A stretch of DNA of 64,000 nucleotides from Prolixibacteraceae bacterium (GTDB taxonomy: Bacteria; Bacteroidota; Bacteroidia; Bacteroidales; Prolixibacteraceae). The notes beneath the pieces are model-generated. The model did not search any database. It was not told the origin of the DNA and worked only from the letters and a program-made list of their open reading frames with translations. The stretch spans positions 10,759 to 74,758 of the forward strand of contig DMSQ01000014.1 of NCBI GenBank assembly GCA_003457135.1, written 5' to 3'. Numbering within the stretch: the first letter of the stretch is position 1; each line of letters opens with the position of its first letter. Both the position numbers and the translations under genes were made by a program. Of the stretch, positions 28,200 through 39,060 are shown piece after piece.

Positions 28200-28211
28200 A
28201 CTTATTTAGTT

Positions 28212-29450
28212 TTAAAAGTCCAGTTTAATTCTATCCGCAGCATCCCGTTTGGTTTGGCTGATGATCTTAGCGTAAATCTGAGTGGTTTTCAAGTCACGGT
28301 GACCTAACATCTTTGAAACGGTATAAATATCAGTGCCATTACTTAACTGCAAGGTGGCGTATGTATGCCGGAAGCAATGAAAAGTAATATCCTTCGTTAT
28401 TCCGGCTGCACCAATCCATTTAGCCAGGTCTTTGTTTGAGTACGCTGAATAATTCAATCCATCAAATACTTTATCGGTGGGTGCTTTGCGTTCACCAAGC
28501 AGACTGTATGCCTGTTCTGATATGGGCATCATCTCCTCATCATCAGTCTTCTGTTGCCTAAACTGTATAAAATATCCATTGCCTTCAATGTATTCCAATT
28601 CAGACCATACTAGTTTTGAAATATCGGAGAACCGGAGCCCGGTCATGGCTGAAAATATTGCAGCGTTTTTGAGAACGGAATTTTTACATTCAGTCTTGAC
28701 AAGGCTGTTCATTTCTTCGATAGTCAGGAAGCTTCTTCTGGTTTCCGATACTTTAATCGGATCAATGCTATTATTCAAGTCATACTGCAAGTATTTGTCT
28801 TTATAAGCCTGTTTTAATGCAGCTTTAAACTTTAGAAAATATGATCCTGCGGTATTCTGTGAAAGAGTTGTTTTATCACTTCTCTTGCTTTTTGCTGATA
28901 GCAGATAATCTTTGAAATCGTTGCATAAGGTCTCGTTCAAGTCTTCAAATTTCAATTTTCCATTGGTAAATGCTTCAAGATATTGGTAAGCTGACAACCA
29001 GTTTGAACGGTTTGAATCTATACGCTTGTCGGCCAGCTTTTTGAAATATTCAATGAAGTTCTTTTCACCCTGTTGTTTAATTTTCAACTGTTGTTTCTCA
29101 TAGCCAGAGTATATTTCCGGTTTGTTAATCTCACTTTCCTTTTTCTGCCTGATCTGCTCAGCACGTTGTAGTGTCACTTCGTTGTGTTGCTTTTCAGTAG
29201 GGTCAAGCTTTGCTTTTTTAGGATTGCCCTTCTTGTCCAGTACTGGAATAAATCGTTTTTGCTCTTTACCATTTATATCATCATACTTCTGTTCCTCAAT
29301 TTCTGTATCACTGAAAACATAAGTATTCAGAAACTCCCTCCGTGTGATTTTCCCTGTTTTGGGATCAATTATAGCAGGGTAGAAGTCCAGATACAAGGTT
29401 TGCCTTTTACCTGAAATAGGTTTCATTCGAAGTGATACTTTTATTGCCAT
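28212..29450 (-). CDS. Tyrosine site-specific integrase
   Basis: TGLRFSD (R), FHCFRHT (HxxR), LGH, TTQIYA (Y); adjacent to att. Confidence 0.95.
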   Translation of the reverse strand: MAIKVSLRMKPISGKRQTLYLDFYPAIIDPKTGKITRREFLNTYVFSDTEIEEQKYDDINGKEQKRFIPVLDKKGNPKKAKLDPTEKQHNEVTLQRAEQIRQKKESEINKPEIYSGYEKQQLKIKQQGEKNFIEYFKKLADKRIDSNRSNWLSAYQYLEAFTNGKLKFEDLNETLCNDFKDYLLSAKSKRSDKTTLSQNTAGSYFLKFKAALKQAYKDKYLQYDLNNSIDPIKVSETRRSFLTIEEMNSLVKTECKNSVLKNAAIFSAMTGLRFSDISKLVWSELEYIEGNGYFIQFRQQKTDDEEMMPISEQAYSLLGERKAPTDKVFDGLNYSAYSNKDLAKWIGAAGITKDITFHCFRHTYATLQLSNGTDIYTVSKMLGHRDLKTTQIYAKIISQTKRDAADRIKLDF

Positions 29451-29456
29451 TGTGTT

Positions 29457-29813
29457 TTATGTTTTAATGAATAGTCTGTCAATATCTGACCGCTGAATAA
29501 TGATACGCTTTCCGGCCTTACCTGCATTGAGTTCTCCACGATCCATCATTCTATAAACTGTTCGCCTGCTTATTCCTAAAAGTGTACAAGTTTCAACAAT
29601 ACTTAAAAATGGCTTGGTTTTGAGTTCTTCAATCGGCTTGTTTCTGATTTGCTGAACTTCACGGTTGCTTGATTCAACTTTTGCGTTCTTGACAGTTTCC
29701 TTGTAAGCCTTATTGTTGCACGTATGGGAACAGTAGCGTGTTTTCGTTGTTCTGGCAGTAAATTCATTACCGCAATATTCACAAAATCTTTGTACCTCAA
29801 TAGTTGTACTCAT
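29457..29813 (-). CDS. Cys-rich plus HTH excisionase-like protein
   Basis: CEYC...YCSHTC then LSIVETCTLLGISRRTVYRMM HTH; 6 nt upstream of int. Confidence 0.8.
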   Translation of the reverse strand: MSTTIEVQRFCEYCGNEFTARTTKTRYCSHTCNNKAYKETVKNAKVESSNREVQQIRNKPIEELKTKPFLSIVETCTLLGISRRTVYRMMDRGELNAGKAGKRIIIQRSDIDRLFIKT

Positions 29814-29834
29814 GTTTGTAGCTTATTATGCCTT

Positions 29835-29870
29835 TGTGTGTCATTAAGTGTCTATGTGTGCCATTAAGTG
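29835..29870 (+). repeat. Direct repeat TGTGTGYCATTAAGTG x2 upstream of the xis-int operon
   Basis: 29835-29850 and 29855-29870, 15/16 identical. Confidence 0.7.
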
Positions 29871-29899
29871 CATTTAAAAAAGGGAAAAACCCTTTAAAT

Positions 29900-29935
29900 T
29901 TGTACCTCTTAGTCAGAGGTACAACAAAGGTACAA
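29900..29935. repeat. Putative integrase arm-type sites, right end
   Basis: TTGTACC (29900-29906, inverted) and GGTACAA-CAAA-GGTACAA (29918-29935). Confidence 0.65.
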
Positions 29936-30059
29936 ATATTTACGAAACAAACACATAACAAACCAAAACAAATAAAAGCTTTACAGCATAAAAAAAGCCT
30001 TATAATCAAGGCTTTTAAAGGGTTTACACTATGTTTTGTATTTGATTGTTTTGTGGTAG

Positions 30060-30080
30060 TTACTTTCCGATGCAAAAATT
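30060..30080 (-). repeat. att site reconstituting the mnmE 3' end
   Basis: Matches 9848-9868; differences in the FCIGK codons are synonymous. Confidence 0.92.
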
Positions 30081-31454
30081 CTTAAAAATATGGCCTAAAA
30101 TTTCATCATTGGAGATATCACCAGTGATTTCCCCCAAGTAATGCAGACATTCCCGAATATCCTGCGCCAGAAAGTCCCCTGAAATCAGATTTTCAAGCCC
30201 AAGCTGTACCCTTTCAATGGATTCCAAAGCTTTTGACAGCGCTTCGAAGTGACGAATATTGGTTACAATCACTGCATCTTCACTTAGCGAATCGAGCGAA
30301 ACGGCATGTTGCATTTCCTGAATCAGGACATCAAGATTGGTTTTTTGCTTGGCGGCAATAAATACCAGTTTTTCGTTTGGAAGCAAACTCATTTCTTTCA
30401 GTCCGGAGATTGTTTCATTTGAACCGCGATCAACCTTATTGGCGGCAATAATTAAATGTTGATCGGCCAACCGTTTCCTGATTTTAACAATTCTCCCGAA
30501 AACAGTTGTAAAATCATTTTTGGTGTCAACAACCAGAATCACCACCGTTGCCTGATCTAATTTACTGTAGCTGCGTTCAATGCCAAGTGTTTCAATTTCG
30601 TCGGTCGTTTCGCGGATTCCGGCAGTATCAAAAAAGCGGAAAGCAGTTCCGTGAATATTCACCACATCTTCAATCACATCTCGGGTAGTGCCATGAATGT
30701 CTGAAACAATGGACTTCTCTTCATTGAGCAAGGCATTGAGTAGGGTTGACTTGCCTACATTAGTATCTCCAATAATAGCAACCGGAATTCCATTTTTAAT
30801 CACATTGCCCAGTTGAAATGAATTTTTTAGCTTCCGGAGAATCTCTTCAATTTTCGAAACTAACTTTTTGAGTTGATTACGGTCGGCAAATTCAACATCT
30901 TCTTCACTAAAATCAAGTTCCAGCTCAATCATGGCTATAAAATGCAGTAATTCGCCACGTAGATTTTTTAATTCTGATGAAAAACCTCCACGCATCTGAT
31001 TGATCGCCACTTTTTGAGTAGCACGGTTGGTTGATGCAATCAAATCGGCCACTGCCTCTGCCTGAGAAAGATCCATCTTCCCATTCAGGAATGCCCGTTG
31101 GGTAAATTCTCCCGGACGCGCCATTCGGGCACCTTTAGTAATGAGCAATTGAAGTATTCGTTGCTGGATATATACCGAACCATGACAGGTAATTTCAATC
31201 ACATCTTCACCGGTAAATGAATGGGGGGATCGGAATATGGAAACAACAACTTCGTCAATCAGTTCATTCCCATCAGAAATGCTCCCAAAATGCAGCGTGT
31301 TAGGTTTTTGATCCGTTAAATTTTTGTTCGATTTTGCTGATTGAAATACAGAATCTGCAATTTCAATCGCTTTTTCACCTGAAAGTCGTATGGTTGCAAT
31401 AGCTCCCATGCCGGGAGAAGTTGCTATGGCGCAAATGGTTAACTGATCGAGCAT
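30060..31454 (-). CDS. mnmE: tRNA modification GTPase MnmE (TrmE)
   Basis: GDTNVGKSTLLN, GTTRD, DTAGIR, NKVD, C-terminal FCIGK. Confidence 0.97.
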   Translation of the reverse strand: MLDQLTICAIATSPGMGAIATIRLSGEKAIEIADSVFQSAKSNKNLTDQKPNTLHFGSISDGNELIDEVVVSIFRSPHSFTGEDVIEITCHGSVYIQQRILQLLITKGARMARPGEFTQRAFLNGKMDLSQAEAVADLIASTNRATQKVAINQMRGGFSSELKNLRGELLHFIAMIELELDFSEEDVEFADRNQLKKLVSKIEEILRKLKNSFQLGNVIKNGIPVAIIGDTNVGKSTLLNALLNEEKSIVSDIHGTTRDVIEDVVNIHGTAFRFFDTAGIRETTDEIETLGIERSYSKLDQATVVILVVDTKNDFTTVFGRIVKIRKRLADQHLIIAANKVDRGSNETISGLKEMSLLPNEKLVFIAAKQKTNLDVLIQEMQHAVSLDSLSEDAVIVTNIRHFEALSKALESIERVQLGLENLISGDFLAQDIRECLHYLGEITGDISNDEILGHIFKNFCIGK

Positions 31455-31511
31455 GAATCAAAGATTTAAAGCAATAAAAATACACTATTTGAAGATATTA
31501 GCGATCCATTG

Positions 31512-32324
31512 TTATTCATACTTAAACCGTTTGAAATAGATAACAGGCAATTCGATACAATTCAATTGTTTTTTCCTGAACCAAATGGTTAACAAGCGCT
31601 CGGCCATGAAACCCATAATTCGTTTCTGATAACCGGTATAACTATCCAGGTCTATCCTGCGTTCAAATTCAAAAAGAACATCAAACCACCAGGCCATAAA
31701 TTCCTGGAAATGGCTGTCTTTCATGATAAACATGTTGTTTGCATGTAAACGCTTACTTTCTATAACCTTGTAAAATGCGTCAAGATATTCCGGATATTTT
31801 TCAGTCAGAATCGTTTCAAGCAGTTTCAGGTCTTTGATGTCGTGGTAGCGCCGAAAATGAGTTTCAACGGTATATTTTAGTTTCCGGGTCTGAGGTAAAA
31901 TGGCATCGTGCTTATTAAGCAACTCTTTTATTTCCTGCTCATTGATAATTTTTGGAGTGAATAGTTTCGTGTTTTCAGTATAGATCAGGCCAAATCGTTT
32001 TTTATGCAATCCAACAGTAATGTATAAAAGCCGTTTTAGCCGATATAAAAATGGTTCTGGTTTTGCAGTGAAAAAGCGCCGGTAATGACATGCTCCGGTT
32101 ACATCCTGACTGGTATTTTTCCAAACCCAATAAATGCCCGTCAATTCGCTGTAATGAGGATTTTTTAAAGAAATATTATCGTCCGTATCATCACCTGTAA
32201 TTCCAGAATCTCCAGAATGAAGGGCATTCCCGGCCATGACCGGCTGATAAATGCGATCTATTTCAAGGATCGATCCTTTTTTATAATGAAAAACATAGAC
32301 TTTCACACTCGAAATATCGCCCAT
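31512..32324 (-). CDS. DUF4422-like glycosyltransferase-related protein
   Basis: GDDTDDNISLKNPHYSELTGIYWVWKN, HYRRFF, GFMAERL; ATG at 32324. Confidence 0.8.
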   Translation of the reverse strand: MGDISSVKVYVFHYKKGSILEIDRIYQPVMAGNALHSGDSGITGDDTDDNISLKNPHYSELTGIYWVWKNTSQDVTGACHYRRFFTAKPEPFLYRLKRLLYITVGLHKKRFGLIYTENTKLFTPKIINEQEIKELLNKHDAILPQTRKLKYTVETHFRRYHDIKDLKLLETILTEKYPEYLDAFYKVIESKRLHANNMFIMKDSHFQEFMAWWFDVLFEFERRIDLDSYTGYQKRIMGFMAERLLTIWFRKKQLNCIELPVIYFKRFKYE

Positions 32325-32496
32325 CAAGTTTTTAGTTTTTACAAAAATAATTGTTTCCGAATGTTTTCTGCAAGTTGAGCCACATTTAATTCTCTCCTTT
32401 AAAATTTTAACTTTGCGGCGACGTAAACCTTGGGAAGGAAAAAGATGAAATGGATTCTTTGAACTTCCGTCCAATTGTGATTCTTTAATATTGACG

Positions 32497-33384
32497 ATGA
32501 TGAATAGAATTGCCGCTCAAATATATCGTATTGTTGTCCCAAAACCGATTCGAAAAAAGATACTGGACAAAAGGCTTCCAATCGCAATACGAAATTATTA
32601 CGACAGCCTTCCTGAAGCTCCTTCGGAAGAGATAAAATCAGTGCTAAATTACCTGAGGACAAACCCATTGGCCGTTTTTCCTTACGATTTTCAGAACGAG
32701 CATATTGCCGGAGAAATTGAAGTTTTTGATGATCGGGAAAAAGGTTTGCGTTTTGTTGTTCAGGATGGCAAGAAGCTTTACTTCAAAAAAAGATGGGGCA
32801 AACAAAAAATCAGAAACCTTTATAATCTGTTGTCAAAAGAACAGGATATCCGGAGCCCGCACCGATATTTGACCGGAGAATTTACATTCGATGAAGGTGA
32901 AATACTTGTTGATGTTGGAGCAGCAGAAGGTAATTTCGCATTAAGTGTTGTTGAACGAGCGTCACGGATCGTTCTTTTTGAAGCTGATAAAGAGTGGATA
33001 GAACCATTGAAAGCAACTTTCGAACCCTGGAAAGAAAAAGTTCAGATCGTTAATACATTTGTAAGCGATATAACCGACTATACCAATACAAAACTGGACG
33101 ATTTTACAGCAAATGAAATTTTCGGGATATTTCTGAAAATTGATGTCGAAGGAGCTGAGTCGCGTTTAATAAATGGATGTAAAAGAATCCTTTCTGAGCA
33201 AAAACCTCTTAAAGTTGCCATATGCACCTATCATAAACAGAACGACGAAAGGGAGTTTTCAACAGTATTGGCACAAAATGGATTTAAAACTTCGCATTCC
33301 CATGGCTTTATGCTTTTCTTCTACGATAAAAAAATGAAAGCTCCATATTTTAGACGGGGCTTGATCCGGGCAATAAAATCCTGA
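32497..33384 (+). CDS. FkbM-family methyltransferase
   Basis: VDVGAAEGNF, LKIDVEGAE, ICTYH. Confidence 0.85.
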   Translation: MMNRIAAQIYRIVVPKPIRKKILDKRLPIAIRNYYDSLPEAPSEEIKSVLNYLRTNPLAVFPYDFQNEHIAGEIEVFDDREKGLRFVVQDGKKLYFKKRWGKQKIRNLYNLLSKEQDIRSPHRYLTGEFTFDEGEILVDVGAAEGNFALSVVERASRIVLFEADKEWIEPLKATFEPWKEKVQIVNTFVSDITDYTNTKLDDFTANEIFGIFLKIDVEGAESRLINGCKRILSEQKPLKVAICTYHKQNDEREFSTVLAQNGFKTSHSHGFMLFFYDKKMKAPYFRRGLIRAIKS

Positions 33385-33463
33385 AAATACCGTGGAATTT
33401 TCAGTTTCACAGATTTTATTACTTTTGCCCGTAGTTCGAAAAATAACAATCAAATATTTTACT

Positions 33464-34210
33464 ATGAAACTTCTTGAAGGAAAAACGGCCATAGTTACTG
33501 GCGCATCGAGGGGAATTGGAAAAGCAATTGCCATAAAATTTGCGGAGGAAGGTTGCAACATTGCCTTTACCGATCTTTTTGAAGATGAGAACATGAAAAA
33601 TACAGAGGCTGAATTGATAGCCATTGGAGTGAAAGCCAAAGGATATGCATCGAATGCCGCTAACTTTGAAGATACCGACCGGGTCGTAACCCAAATTGTT
33701 GAAGATTTTGGCACGGTGGATGCCCTGATTAACAATGCAGGCATTACCAAAGATACCCTTTTAATGCGTATGACCGAAGAGCAATGGGATGCAGTGATCA
33801 ATGTAAATCTGAAATCAGTTTTCAACTTTACCAAAGCAGCCCAGAAAATTATGCTAAAGCAAAAATCCGGCTCTATCGTAAATATGAGTTCGGTGGTTGG
33901 GGTAAGTGGAAATGCCGGTCAGTCAAACTATTCGGCATCAAAGGCTGGTATTATTGGTTTCACCAAATCAATTGCCAAAGAATTGGGTTCTCGTGGAATT
34001 CGCTCAAATGCAATTGCCCCGGGATTTATAATTACTGAAATGACAGCCAAAATACCTGAAGATGCCCGCAAACAATGGGAAGCAAGTATTCCTTTAAAAC
34101 GTGGCGGAACTCCTGAAGAAGTTGCGAAAGTTGCTTTGTTCCTGGCATCCGACCTTTCATCCTATGTTAGCGGACAAGTTATTAACGTTTGTGGTGCGAT
34201 GAATACTTAA
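33464..34210 (+). CDS. fabG: 3-oxoacyl-ACP reductase
   Basis: TGASRGIG, NNAG, YSASK SDR motifs. Confidence 0.95.
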   Translation: MKLLEGKTAIVTGASRGIGKAIAIKFAEEGCNIAFTDLFEDENMKNTEAELIAIGVKAKGYASNAANFEDTDRVVTQIVEDFGTVDALINNAGITKDTLLMRMTEEQWDAVINVNLKSVFNFTKAAQKIMLKQKSGSIVNMSSVVGVSGNAGQSNYSASKAGIIGFTKSIAKELGSRGIRSNAIAPGFIITEMTAKIPEDARKQWEASIPLKRGGTPEEVAKVALFLASDLSSYVSGQVINVCGAMNT

Positions 34211-34354
34211 ATTATTTTCTAAAATATTTTCAAGGCCGCATGCTTTGCACCGGCTTTTTTTTATACAGTAAAAACAATCATTTTTTTTACTTATTGCAGG
34301 TTATTTTCCGGTTGCTTTTACTACATTAGATAGCCATATAAACCTGAAAAAATA

Positions 34355-36238
34355 ATGAGCCAAAGAGGAATATCTTTTCGATTGAATTTGCACATATCTG
34401 CATTTGCCATCCTCATTATTTCAGCCATTGTTTTCATTAATTACTATTTCAGCAATAAAATCCTGATCGAAAAAATTGAAGAAGGTGCAGTCAATCAAAG
34501 TAACCTGGTAATCTCCAGAATTTCACGGATTACGCTTGGAACAGAGGAAATTGCCAGAAACGTGTCGTATCAGGCCCTGTATTACTTTCAGAACAAGGAT
34601 CTTGATTTCTTTTTGCAGCAGGTTGTGGCATCAAATAAAATTCTGGAAAGTATTCACGTAGAATTTATAGAAGATCAGCAAACGAGTTTTACTGCCTGCC
34701 TCTCAACCGGGCATTGCCTTCACCGGTGCAATCCCGATAACGAAATCTTCTCCGATAGTCCCGCCTCTTTGGATCAGGGAACCTGGTCAAAGCCTTTTTA
34801 TTGCATGAACGATACTTCTCATTTGTTGGTTACTTACCGGATGCCAGTCTTTCATCCTGAATCAAAAAAAATTGTCGGGCTTGTATATTGTGAGATTTCT
34901 CTTCGAAAGATGAAACAAATGCTTGATGAATTAAAAATAGGCGAGCGTGGCTATGCGTTTATTATCAACCATGCCGGAAGTTTCATCACTCACCCCAACG
35001 AAAAATGGATTCTACGCAGAAACCTTTACATTAAACCTCCGGTTATTTTTTCAAGCGATCTTTCAGAAATTGAATCGAATATTAAAAGTGGTAAAGTTGG
35101 CACAGGGCGTGGGCTTTCTGAATATCTGAACAATCAGAAAGCCTGGTATTATTTCGCCCCTTTACCAAACTCGAAATGGACAGTTATTATAGTAATTCCG
35201 GAAAAAGAACTATTTAAAAAAATTGATTTTATTTTTCAGAAAATTATTCTGGTATCCGGCCTTGGAATATTGCTCCTTTTTATGATGAACATGTTAATAT
35301 TCAAAAGAATACTTACTCCGCTTGCACAAATTGCGGCTGCCATTCAGCGGTTTACCACTTTACCCGGTAAGAAACAAAAATCGAAAGATGAAATAAAAAT
35401 GCTGGTCGAAAGCCTGGAAGACTGGCAGACCAAATATGGTCTTTTAATTAAAGAACAAACCCATACTGCCACCGAAAAACGGAAGTTCGACAAGGATTTA
35501 AAGTCAGCCCGGGATATCCAATTGAATATCATTCCATCAGGAAAACCTTCATTTACCGATCATCCTGAAATTGATTTATCTGCCATACTAAAGCCAGCTC
35601 AGACAATTGGAGGTGATTTGTATGATTATTTTTTCATTGATGAGCATCATTTACTGATTGCCATTGGCGATGTTTCAGGAAAAGGTATTTCTGCTTCCTT
35701 ATTTATGGCCGTTGCAAGTACCCTGATAAAAACAAACGCGAATATTCTTTCAGCAAAAGATATAATAAGCCGCGTAAATAAAGAATTAAGTGAAAGGAAC
35801 TCCAATCAGTATTTTGTGACCCTATTTATTGGTATTCTTGATGTCAGGTCAGGAATAGTGGATTATTGTAACGCCGCTCATAATTACCCTTACATTCTTC
35901 GTAATGAAGGAACGGTACAAACTTTATCAAAAAGCCATGGTTTGCCTCTGGGCATTTATAAAAATAAAACATACGGGAGCAGCAGCATTGAATTGAAACG
36001 TGGCGATGTTTTACTTTTATATACCGATGGTGTTATCAATTCAATGGATTTTAATAATCAGCATTACGGTATCGAAAAACTCGAGAATAATTTGCAGAAT
36101 CTCATTGATTTGTCCGCTGATGAAGTAGTGAACAGGCTGGTTAAAAGCATAGCTATCTATGAAGGAGAAAGCAGTCAGGCCGACGATATTACTTTAATGG
36201 CCATAAAATACCTTCCACAAGCAGAAAACCAGGCTTAA
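34355..36238 (+). CDS. Cache/HAMP sensor with SpoIIE (PP2C) phosphatase domain
   Basis: Two TM segments; GGDLYD, GDVSGKG, YTDG, DDIT. Confidence 0.88.
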   Translation: MSQRGISFRLNLHISAFAILIISAIVFINYYFSNKILIEKIEEGAVNQSNLVISRISRITLGTEEIARNVSYQALYYFQNKDLDFFLQQVVASNKILESIHVEFIEDQQTSFTACLSTGHCLHRCNPDNEIFSDSPASLDQGTWSKPFYCMNDTSHLLVTYRMPVFHPESKKIVGLVYCEISLRKMKQMLDELKIGERGYAFIINHAGSFITHPNEKWILRRNLYIKPPVIFSSDLSEIESNIKSGKVGTGRGLSEYLNNQKAWYYFAPLPNSKWTVIIVIPEKELFKKIDFIFQKIILVSGLGILLLFMMNMLIFKRILTPLAQIAAAIQRFTTLPGKKQKSKDEIKMLVESLEDWQTKYGLLIKEQTHTATEKRKFDKDLKSARDIQLNIIPSGKPSFTDHPEIDLSAILKPAQTIGGDLYDYFFIDEHHLLIAIGDVSGKGISASLFMAVASTLIKTNANILSAKDIISRVNKELSERNSNQYFVTLFIGILDVRSGIVDYCNAAHNYPYILRNEGTVQTLSKSHGLPLGIYKNKTYGSSSIELKRGDVLLLYTDGVINSMDFNNQHYGIEKLENNLQNLIDLSADEVVNRLVKSIAIYEGESSQADDITLMAIKYLPQAENQA

Positions 36239-36255
36239 GCTTGGTTTTCTGCTAT

Positions 36256-38790
36256 TTACTTCGTATTTGTTGAAGCTGTTAATATCCTGATTTTAATTTT
36301 TTCGTTTTTCTTATCAAAACCTACTGAAATGGTATCTCCCTGAACCACTGAAGCTTTAATAATAACTTCAGCCATTTCATCTTCCAGGTATTTTTGTATG
36401 GCCCGTTTTAATGGCCTTGCACCAAATTGCACATCATAACCTTTATCGGCAATAAAATCTTTGGCTGCGGATGATATTTTTAATTTGTAATTCAGCGAGT
36501 TAACCCGATCATACAAACCTTTCAGTTCGATATCAATTATTTCGTGAATATGTTCTTTCGTTAATGAATTGAACATGATCACATCATCCACACGATTTAA
36601 AAATTCAGGTGCAAATGTTTTTTTCAATGCTTTTTCAACAATGTATTTTGCATTCTCACTTTCATCAACACTGGCCTTTTGGGTTGAAAATCCGACTCCC
36701 CTTCCAAATTCGGATAATTGACGGGAGCCAATATTTGATGTCATTATTATTATCGTGTTCTTAAAATCAATACTCCTTCCCAAACTATCTGTTAATCGTC
36801 CCTCGTCGAGTACTTGAAGCAGAAGGTGAAAAACATCGGGGTGGGCTTTTTCGATTTCGTCCAATAAAACCACACAATATGGTTTTCTTCTGACTTTTTC
36901 GGTCAACTGTCCGCCTTCTTCGTAACCAACATATCCGGGAGGCGCTCCAACTAACCGGGATACAGAGAATTTTTCCATGTATTCGCTCATGTCAACCCTG
37001 ATCAATGAATCGGTGCTGTCGAATAAGTATTTAGCCAGAACTTTTGCCAACTGTGTTTTACCAACACCGGTAGGCCCCAGGAAAATGAACGATCCGATAG
37101 GTTTGTTTGGGTCTTTAAGTCCTGCACGGTTTCTCTGAATGGATTTCACAATTTTTACAATCGCATCATTTTGACCCACAACACTGCCCATGAGTTGTTT
37201 GCCCATATCCATCAACCGCTTGCCTTCGGCCTGTGCAATCCGTTGTATCGGTATTCCCGACATCATAGCTACCACTTCTGCCACTTTCTCTTCGGTAACT
37301 GTTTCCCTGTGGCTGATGAGTTCTTTTTCCCATTCTTCCTTTTCCTGGTCGAGCAGTTGAAGAAGGCTTTTTTCTTTGTCGCGGTGATTGGCGGCCAGTT
37401 CAAAATTCTGGCTTTTTACCGCCTTTATTTTATCTTCCTTGGTTCGTTCTATTTTCTCTTCCAGCTTCAGGATTCGTTCCGGAACATTAATATTTGAGAT
37501 GTGTACCCTTGAACCTGATTCATCCAATGCATCTATGGCTTTGTCGGGTAAAAACCGGTCAGGAATATACCTGGCAGTTAGTTTAACACATGCCTCAATT
37601 GCTTCAGGGGTATAAATTACATTGTGATGGTCTTCATACCTTGATTTAATGTTGTTCAGAATTTCTATGGTTTCGTCAACAGAGGTTGGCTCAACCATTA
37701 TTTTCTGGAACCTCCGTTCCAAAGCGCCATCTTTTTCAATTTGCTGACGGTATTCATCCAAAGTGGTAGCTCCGATGCATTGTATTTCGCCCCGGGCAAG
37801 GGCCGGTTTCAGCATATTGGCGGCATCGAGCGAGCCGGTCGCACCTCCGGCGCCAACAATGGTATGAATTTCGTCAATAAATAAAATGACATTACTGACT
37901 TTTGATAATTCATTCAGGATGGCTTTCATGCGTTCTTCGAACTGTCCGCGGTATTTGGTTCCGGCAACAATTGAGGCAATATCAAGGCTCACCACTCTTT
38001 TATCGAACAAAACCCGTGAAACTTTTTTCTGAATGATACGAAGGGCAAGCCCTTCAGCAATAGCAGACTTACCAACACCAGGTTCGCCAATTAAGATCGG
38101 ATTATTTTTCTTCCGGCGGGATAAGATTTGGGCTAAGCGTTCAATTTCCCGTTCGCGGCCAACAATGGGATCCAGATTATTTTCTTCGGCTGCTTTGGTT
38201 ATATCAACCCCAAAATTATCGAGTACCGGAGTGTCTGATTTTACACTTCCTGATTTCTTTGCCGGTGAGGGAGGCGCAGCTCCACTACCTCCGGGAGGTT
38301 TTGAGAAACTATCGTCGGCATCGTCATCTTCATCATCAAAATCCGATTTGGCTTCAGGATTTTTATAATCTTCGAGCCTGGATTTCAGAATATAGTAATT
38401 GATATGGTAGTCGTTTAGGATATTACTGATCAGGCTATCCTTGTCTTTAATTAATGCCAATAAAAGATGACCTGTATTAATGGTAGGACTATTAAAAGAA
38501 CGGGCTTCGAGATATACGAGCTTCAAAGCCTTTTCAGCCGACTTTAGCAACTGGACAGAAGCCTGTGAATCAACATCTTTACCGGTTCTGAGTTTTTCTT
38601 CAATAGATTGTTTTATTTCAGACAGGTTAATTCCCAAATTAGAGAGAATTTCAATGGCTACTCCTTCTCCGTCTCTAAGGATTCCGAGGAAAATATGCTC
38701 TAATCCGATGCTTTCATTACCCAGTCGGATAGCTTCCTCCCTGCTGTAAGAAAGTACATCTTTAATTCTTGGTGAAAATTGTGAATCCAT
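36256..38790 (-). CDS. clpC: ATP-dependent Clp protease ATP-binding subunit
   Basis: Clp N repeats, two Walker A motifs ([16 protein letters not shown]), UVR coil. Confidence 0.95.
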   Translation of the reverse strand: MDSQFSPRIKDVLSYSREEAIRLGNESIGLEHIFLGILRDGEGVAIEILSNLGINLSEIKQSIEEKLRTGKDVDSQASVQLLKSAEKALKLVYLEARSFNSPTINTGHLLLALIKDKDSLISNILNDYHINYYILKSRLEDYKNPEAKSDFDDEDDDADDSFSKPPGGSGAAPPSPAKKSGSVKSDTPVLDNFGVDITKAAEENNLDPIVGREREIERLAQILSRRKKNNPILIGEPGVGKSAIAEGLALRIIQKKVSRVLFDKRVVSLDIASIVAGTKYRGQFEERMKAILNELSKVSNVILFIDEIHTIVGAGGATGSLDAANMLKPALARGEIQCIGATTLDEYRQQIEKDGALERRFQKIMVEPTSVDETIEILNNIKSRYEDHHNVIYTPEAIEACVKLTARYIPDRFLPDKAIDALDESGSRVHISNINVPERILKLEEKIERTKEDKIKAVKSQNFELAANHRDKEKSLLQLLDQEKEEWEKELISHRETVTEEKVAEVVAMMSGIPIQRIAQAEGKRLMDMGKQLMGSVVGQNDAIVKIVKSIQRNRAGLKDPNKPIGSFIFLGPTGVGKTQLAKVLAKYLFDSTDSLIRVDMSEYMEKFSVSRLVGAPPGYVGYEEGGQLTEKVRRKPYCVVLLDEIEKAHPDVFHLLLQVLDEGRLTDSLGRSIDFKNTIIIMTSNIGSRQLSEFGRGVGFSTQKASVDESENAKYIVEKALKKTFAPEFLNRVDDVIMFNSLTKEHIHEIIDIELKGLYDRVNSLNYKLKISSAAKDFIADKGYDVQFGARPLKRAIQKYLEDEMAEVIIKASVVQGDTISVGFDKKNEKIKIRILTASTNTK

Positions 38791-39060
38791 ATGAATTGAC
38801 AGGTTAAGAAATTACGTACCAAAATAACAAAAACTATTCCTAAAAGTTGGCCTGGTTTATAAGCCTGAAAACTTCTTTCATCAAAAATACTCATTATAAA
38901 TTAAGAATTAGGTATAAATTGCTGATTTTTTGAACATTGCATTGTTAAAATCTTCTTGCAATTTTAGCAATGAAAAGTACTTAAAACGCTTGATTCAAGA
39001 AGTATTTTTGTATTTTTGTCAGTCATTTTTTTAAGTCATTTTTATTTAAAGGAGGAGTAA

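Larger units (their letters stand above)
9855..30074. mobile_element. 20.2-kb integrative element in the mnmE 3' end (phage-satellite-like)
   Basis: Direct att cores offset by 20,212 bp, tyrosine integrase next to one end, excisionase-like HTHs, phage-type rep plus DnaB, XRE repressors, ORF6N. Confidence 0.93.

Noticed and set aside
9855-30074. Element as an NBU-like mobilisable transposon, ICE or complete prophage
   Set aside because: No relaxase, T4SS, capsid, terminase, tail or lysis gene recognised, and the replicon is phage-type
29797-30085. Two overlapping 85-92 aa ORFs between xis and att
   Set aside because: They cover the arm sites and repeats and have low-complexity, biased translations
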